From contig JAZSMV010000031.1 of the NCBI GenBank assembly GCA_045536065.1, positions 1-51,702 of the forward strand: a DNA stretch of 51,702 bases. Reading direction: 5' to 3'. The DNA is from Eubacteriales bacterium. Lineage in GTDB: Bacteria; Bacillota; Clostridia; Oscillospirales; CAG-272. A model generated the notes under the pieces. That model ran no database searches. It was not told the origin of the DNA and saw only the letters and a list, made by a program, of their open reading frames with translations. The position numbers and the translations under genes are program-made. Below, in pieces: positions 48,121 through 51,702 of the stretch; position 1 is the first letter of the stretch; each line of letters opens with the position of its first letter.

Positions 48121-48163
48121 TTTATTTACTCCTTTTTAGGTATATCAAAAAAATTCACATTTC

Positions 48164-48241
48164 ATTTTAACACAAAATTAATATTTAGTCAATCTAAATG
48201 TGTAAAATTATTTGACAATCTGTGATAAAATATGTTAAAAT
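48164..48241. promoter_or_regulatory. Divergent sigmaA promoters (gltX / kinase)
   Basis: Minus: TTGACT-17-TAAAAT (48192-48164); plus: TTGACA-18-TAAAAT (48212-48241). Confidence 0.65.
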
Positions 48242-48274
48242 ACAGTAAATAAGGCTTTAAGGGAGAAAAAAGAG

Positions 48275-49777
48275 GTGTTTAAATCAACCTTTTCCAAATA
48301 TCTTACGGCGCTCGTGATAATTATTATCGTCAGCTTTGTTATTCTGGCGGGTATTATTACGTCAATGGTGAGAAATTATGCATTCAGTGATACAGAGGAC
48401 CGACTTGAGAAGGAGAGCAACATTGTTGTTGAGGTTATACTCGCCGACGGTGTAGCACCTATTGAGGAGGAAATATACGAGGTTGCCGATGCCATAGAAC
48501 CAATGGTTAACTTCAACTCCGATTTTGACGTTATGATCATTGACGCCAATGAAAAGATCATACTTTCTACAATTCACGGCGGCAACAGCGAAAAAAAGAT
48601 TGCGGTGGTAGATCTGAAGCGAGGCTTTGGAACCTTTTCCATCTCATCCTTTGAAAGACGTATCGATGATGACGGAGACGTAAATTACGTATATAACGGT
48701 ACTATCGGAGATAATCTCGAGGATCAGTATATGGCGATTGCAAAACCGGTAATGCGTGACGGTATGATTGAGTGCTACGTTATGACGTTGACCTCTACCG
48801 ACAGAGAGAACCATTTTGTTCAGGTAACAAGACGAGTGGTTATTAACAGTTCTATCGGAGTTTTGCTTGCGGCGCTTGTTGCGGCGTATGTTATTACCGA
48901 GCGCATAGTTCATCCTCTGCGTAAGATGACCAGTGCGGCAAAGAGCTTTGCTAAAGGGGATTTCTCCGCAAGAGTAAACGTTGGTAAGCAAAACGACGAG
49001 GTAGCAGAGCTGGGTAGGGCATTTAACAATATGGCAGACTCTCTTGAGAGCCTTGAAAAGATGCGAAACTCCTTCCTTGCTAACATCTCGCACGATCTAC
49101 GTACCCCTATGACTACGATTTCCGGCTTTATTGACGGCATTAATTCGGGTGCTATTCCTCCCGAAAAGCATGAGTATTATCTTGGCGTTATTTCAGCTGA
49201 GGTGCATAGGCTTTCAAGGCTTGTTACTCAGCTTCTCGATGTATCAAGGCTTGAGTCGGGTGAGCGAAAGTTTAATTTCACCGATTTTGATATTGCCGAG
49301 GTAGCTCGAATCATTCTTATATCATTCGAACAGAAGATTGAGGATAAGCACCTTGACGTAGAGTTTGACTCCGAGCGGGACGGAATGTACGTTCACGCTG
49401 ATAAGGATGCTATATATCAGGTTCTTTATAACCTTTGCCATAATGCAATCAAGTTTGCAAATGATAGAGGAAAGTTCAGAATCAGAATCTCAAAGATCAC
49501 CGACACAAAGATCAGGGTGGCGGTTTACGATCAGGGACAGAGCCTTTCTCCCGAGGATGAAAAGCAGGTGTTCGATAGATTCTATAAGACCGATAAGAGC
49601 CGTGGACTTGATAAGTCCGGCGTGGGTCTCGGCCTGTATATTTCGAAAACCATTATTGACGCTCACGGCGAGACGATCGGAGTTGAGTCTGTCAAGGGAG
49701 ATGGCTGTGAGTTTTGGTTTACGCTTACCGAGGGCGCTCAGCCGCAAAAGAGAAAAGCTCAGATTGCGGATAAATAA
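48275..49777 (+). CDS. Membrane HAMP-domain sensor histidine kinase
   Basis: Two TM helices, HAMP, H-box SHDLRTP, N-box NAIKF, FDRFY, GVGLGL. Confidence 0.95.
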   Translation: MFKSTFSKYLTALVIIIIVSFVILAGIITSMVRNYAFSDTEDRLEKESNIVVEVILADGVAPIEEEIYEVADAIEPMVNFNSDFDVMIIDANEKIILSTIHGGNSEKKIAVVDLKRGFGTFSISSFERRIDDDGDVNYVYNGTIGDNLEDQYMAIAKPVMRDGMIECYVMTLTSTDRENHFVQVTRRVVINSSIGVLLAALVAAYVITERIVHPLRKMTSAAKSFAKGDFSARVNVGKQNDEVAELGRAFNNMADSLESLEKMRNSFLANISHDLRTPMTTISGFIDGINSGAIPPEKHEYYLGVISAEVHRLSRLVTQLLDVSRLESGERKFNFTDFDIAEVARIILISFEQKIEDKHLDVEFDSERDGMYVHADKDAIYQVLYNLCHNAIKFANDRGKFRIRISKITDTKIRVAVYDQGQSLSPEDEKQVFDRFYKTDKSRGLDKSGVGLGLYISKTIIDAHGETIGVESVKGDGCEFWFTLTEGAQPQKRKAQIADK

Positions 49778-49784
49778 AACAACG

Positions 49785-49817
49785 TTGCCGCACCTTGCAA
49801 AGCGCAAAGTGCGGCAA
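49785..49817. terminator. Hairpin between convergent genes
   Basis: TTGCCGCAC...GTGCGGCAA stem; weak U-tracts. Confidence 0.6.
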
Positions 49818-49836
49818 TAATTTCAGGCAGAAATGA

Positions 49837-50697
49837 TTATACTATGCCTTTGACGGTTAATACGGCCACGCCGGGAGTGGTTGTAACAACACCTGTAACA
49901 GTGTCACGGGTAAAGGTTGCTTCGGGAACGGGGATGGCGCCTCCGATAGTGCTAAATTCACCAGTTTCAGCATTGTAGGTATAACCGGTTCCTTCATCAA
50001 GAGCTGTACCGTTAAGCTCCACCGTTATAGCATCGAATGGCGGATTGAATGTATCCGAAACTATAAGGTTGTCGGTTGCAACCACGGGGGTATTTCCTGT
50101 GTTTTGGATAATGAAGGTGTAGGTTATCTCCTCGCCGCAGGTCACCGTATCCGGACATATAGCCTTGGCTATCGATAGGATAGGCTCATTTCTTGCAGGA
50201 ACCTCGGCGGTGTCAGTAAGCTCCTGACAAACGTTATCACCTGTTGCGTTTACAGTGTTAATAATAGTCGATCCTGCTGAAAGGGGGGCAAAGGAATTCG
50301 CAGTTGCCTCATAGAGTATAATAACGTTGCCGCCGGCAGGAATCGTTATGCCACCTATTATAAGGGGAGGTCCTGCATTTACCGTTGGGGCAGGCTGTAG
50401 AACGCCGTTCTGATAATATAGTACCGAGCCTTCAACGTAGGTGAGGGGAACGAATTCCGCCGTTCCACCCGGAAGGGTATAGGTGCCAAGATTATCCGTT
50501 ACAGTGACGTTCGTTTTAGCTACTGTGTCGGAATTGATTAGCGTAACCGCATACACGATACCGTCGCCGGGACCGTAATCGGTGGAAACGGCAGTCTTTG
50601 TCAGTGTAAGACCGGAAACAAGCTCGCCTTCGGTAATATTTGAATTTGTAACTTTTCCTAAGAAGGAGAGAGTTGCTTGATTATAAAAGGTTGCCAT
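49837..50697 (-). CDS. DUF11-like Ig-fold repeat protein, no signal peptide
   Basis: Two K....G..I.Y.....N....A.N..V.D modules; start MATFYNQA with AAGGAG RBS. Confidence 0.75.
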   Translation of the reverse strand: MATFYNQATLSFLGKVTNSNITEGELVSGLTLTKTAVSTDYGPGDGIVYAVTLINSDTVAKTNVTVTDNLGTYTLPGGTAEFVPLTYVEGSVLYYQNGVLQPAPTVNAGPPLIIGGITIPAGGNVIILYEATANSFAPLSAGSTIINTVNATGDNVCQELTDTAEVPARNEPILSIAKAICPDTVTCGEEITYTFIIQNTGNTPVVATDNLIVSDTFNPPFDAITVELNGTALDEGTGYTYNAETGEFSTIGGAIPVPEATFTRDTVTGVVTTTPGVAVLTVKGIV

Positions 50698-50740
50698 TTT
50701 TATCTCCTTTTCTTTTGCGGAGGGCATTTTCCCTTCCAAT

Positions 50741-50775
50741 ACAGTATATGAAAAAAGACAAAATACGCTATTTTT
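50741..50775 (-). promoter_or_regulatory. Candidate sigmaE/sigmaK sporulation promoter
   Basis: ATA-N18-CATATACT on minus strand; no sigmaA match seen for this gene. Confidence 0.5.
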
Positions 50776-50791
50776 ATTAGGGCTATTGCTA

Positions 50792-50820
50792 TTGACTTTT
50801 CCCAAGTTATGTGATACAAT
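50792..50820 (+). promoter_or_regulatory. sigmaA promoter of tRNA-Leu
   Basis: TTGACT-17-TACAAT with TG extension. Confidence 0.75.
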
Positions 50821-50832
50821 ATCAAAGGCAAT

Positions 50833-50915
50833 GCGGGTATGGCGGAATTGGCAGACGCGCCAGACTTAGGATCTGGTGTTTACACGTGCAGGTTCGACTC
50901 CTGTTACCCGCACCA
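50833..50915 (+). tRNA. tRNA-Leu (anticodon TAG)
   Basis: 83 nt, acceptor GCGGGTA/TACCCGC, anticodon stem CCAGA/TCTGG with loop CT-TAG-GA, variable arm, encoded CCA. Confidence 0.97.
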
Positions 50916-51629
50916 AACAAAAAAAATACAAACCCTGAGCAATCAAGGTTCGTATTTTTCTTTACAAGGGATTATTTTGGAGTGCAGATTTTTAGTTGGC
51001 AAAAACAAAGGGGTGGGGCATATTTCCAACCCTAATTTAATTTGCAGTTGCATGTTTTTTATTTTGCTCAATAAATTGGAATTTGACAATCTTCAATAAA
51101 TAAAAATTACTCTATAACTCTCCATTTCATAGCTTTAGCAATAACATATGAACTATTTTTTAGTTCGTCTTGATTAACATATACATCGTCCGACCACAGT
51201 ATCCAATTATCTTTATCAAGAAAAACAGTAGTGTCCGTAATATCCCATTGATTATCTTTTATTTGCCATTCTTTTAAATATTCAAATTCTATTTCTATGA
51301 TAGTGTCACAAATACTTGTAACCAATATTTGTAGTGTCAACTTGGTTTGCTCGGGATTGAAATAATAAGTATCTCCGTCTATTGATATACCATTGTTGGC
51401 GTAATGCAAGTTTATGATATATCCGTCATGCAAGGAATTGGTTTTATCAAGAAAAAACTCTATATCTTTTATTGTTTTTATTTCATTGTACATATTATCT
51501 CCTCCTCGAAGTTCTAGTTTTTTACGAGATAATTATATCATATATTTGTTGATTTTTCAAGTTATTTAAATCAAGTATTGCTTGTCTTAATACAAGTCGG
51601 GTTCGTACATTATCATCGTTGGTGAACCA
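50916..51629. mobile_element. Putative non-autonomous mini-island at tRNA-Leu 3' end
   Basis: AT-rich; ACCA repeated at both junctions; imperfect inverted ends; terminator directly after the second ACCA; no recombinase inside. Confidence 0.55.
51107..51493 (-). CDS. Hypothetical protein (island cargo)
   Basis: 128-aa ORF with GAGGAG RBS and TTGAAA-17-TATAAT promoter (51560-51532); very AT-rich. Confidence 0.8.
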   Translation of the reverse strand: MYNEIKTIKDIEFFLDKTNSLHDGYIINLHYANNGISIDGDTYYFNPEQTKLTLQILVTSICDTIIEIEFEYLKEWQIKDNQWDITDTTVFLDKDNWILWSDDVYVNQDELKNSSYVIAKAMKWRVIE

Positions 51630-51661
51630 AAAAAGTCATATCATATTGATACGACTTTTTT
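51629..51661 (+). terminator. Intrinsic terminator (possibly the displaced tRNA-Leu terminator)
   Basis: AAAAAAGTC-a-TATCA-tat-TGATA-c-GACTTTTTT. Confidence 0.7.
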
Positions 51662-51702
51662 ATCCATTACGGAGTAATGGTATATCATCACCGCACGAAG
51701 TG

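Noticed and set aside
48121-48165. T-box leader upstream of gltX
   Set aside because: Leader is only ~40 nt and lacks the T-box consensus.
46666-48225. 519-aa ORF antisense to gltX
   Set aside because: Same shadow-ORF effect; coextensive with gltX.
50811-51099. ORFs 50811-51035 and 50839-51099
   Set aside because: They run through tRNA-Leu and have no RBS.
1-51702. CRISPR array, IS transposase, integrase or reverse transcriptase
   Set aside because: No regularly spaced repeats and no ORF with such motifs seen in the window.

Overview
Chromosomal window from a low-GC Gram-positive bacterium, most likely a spore-forming member of Clostridia (ytfJ/dacB/scpAB block, YlbF-family gene, sigmaA promoters, Firmicute-type LexA boxes). 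It opens with the 3' end of a 23S rRNA gene followed directly by tRNA-Lys(CTT) and tRNA-Asn(GTT), with no 5S, and closes just after tRNA-Leu(TAG). Most of it is housekeeping: dxs-miaB-ylbF-mutS-mutL-tgt, lon-engB-S2P-scpA-scpB-ytfI-ytfJ-dacB-rluB, ruvC-methyltransferase-ecfAA'T-truA, a class A PBP, a Nudix hydrolase, MarR with a heterodimeric ABC exporter, gltX and an orphan histidine kinase. Accessory genes include XRE regulators, a divergent LexA and several surface lipoproteins. The most unusual signals are non-coding and sit at tRNA 3' ends. (1) After tRNA-Asn, a ~200-bp structured insert carries a collinear antisense copy of the tRNA near its start and a 33-bp duplicate of the tRNA 3' end at its end. 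(2) At tRNA-Leu, a ~710-bp integrase-less one-gene island has imperfect inverted-repeat ends and appears to have displaced the tRNA terminator. No CRISPR array, prophage, transposase or integrase was seen. All calls come from reading the sequence; no searches were run.
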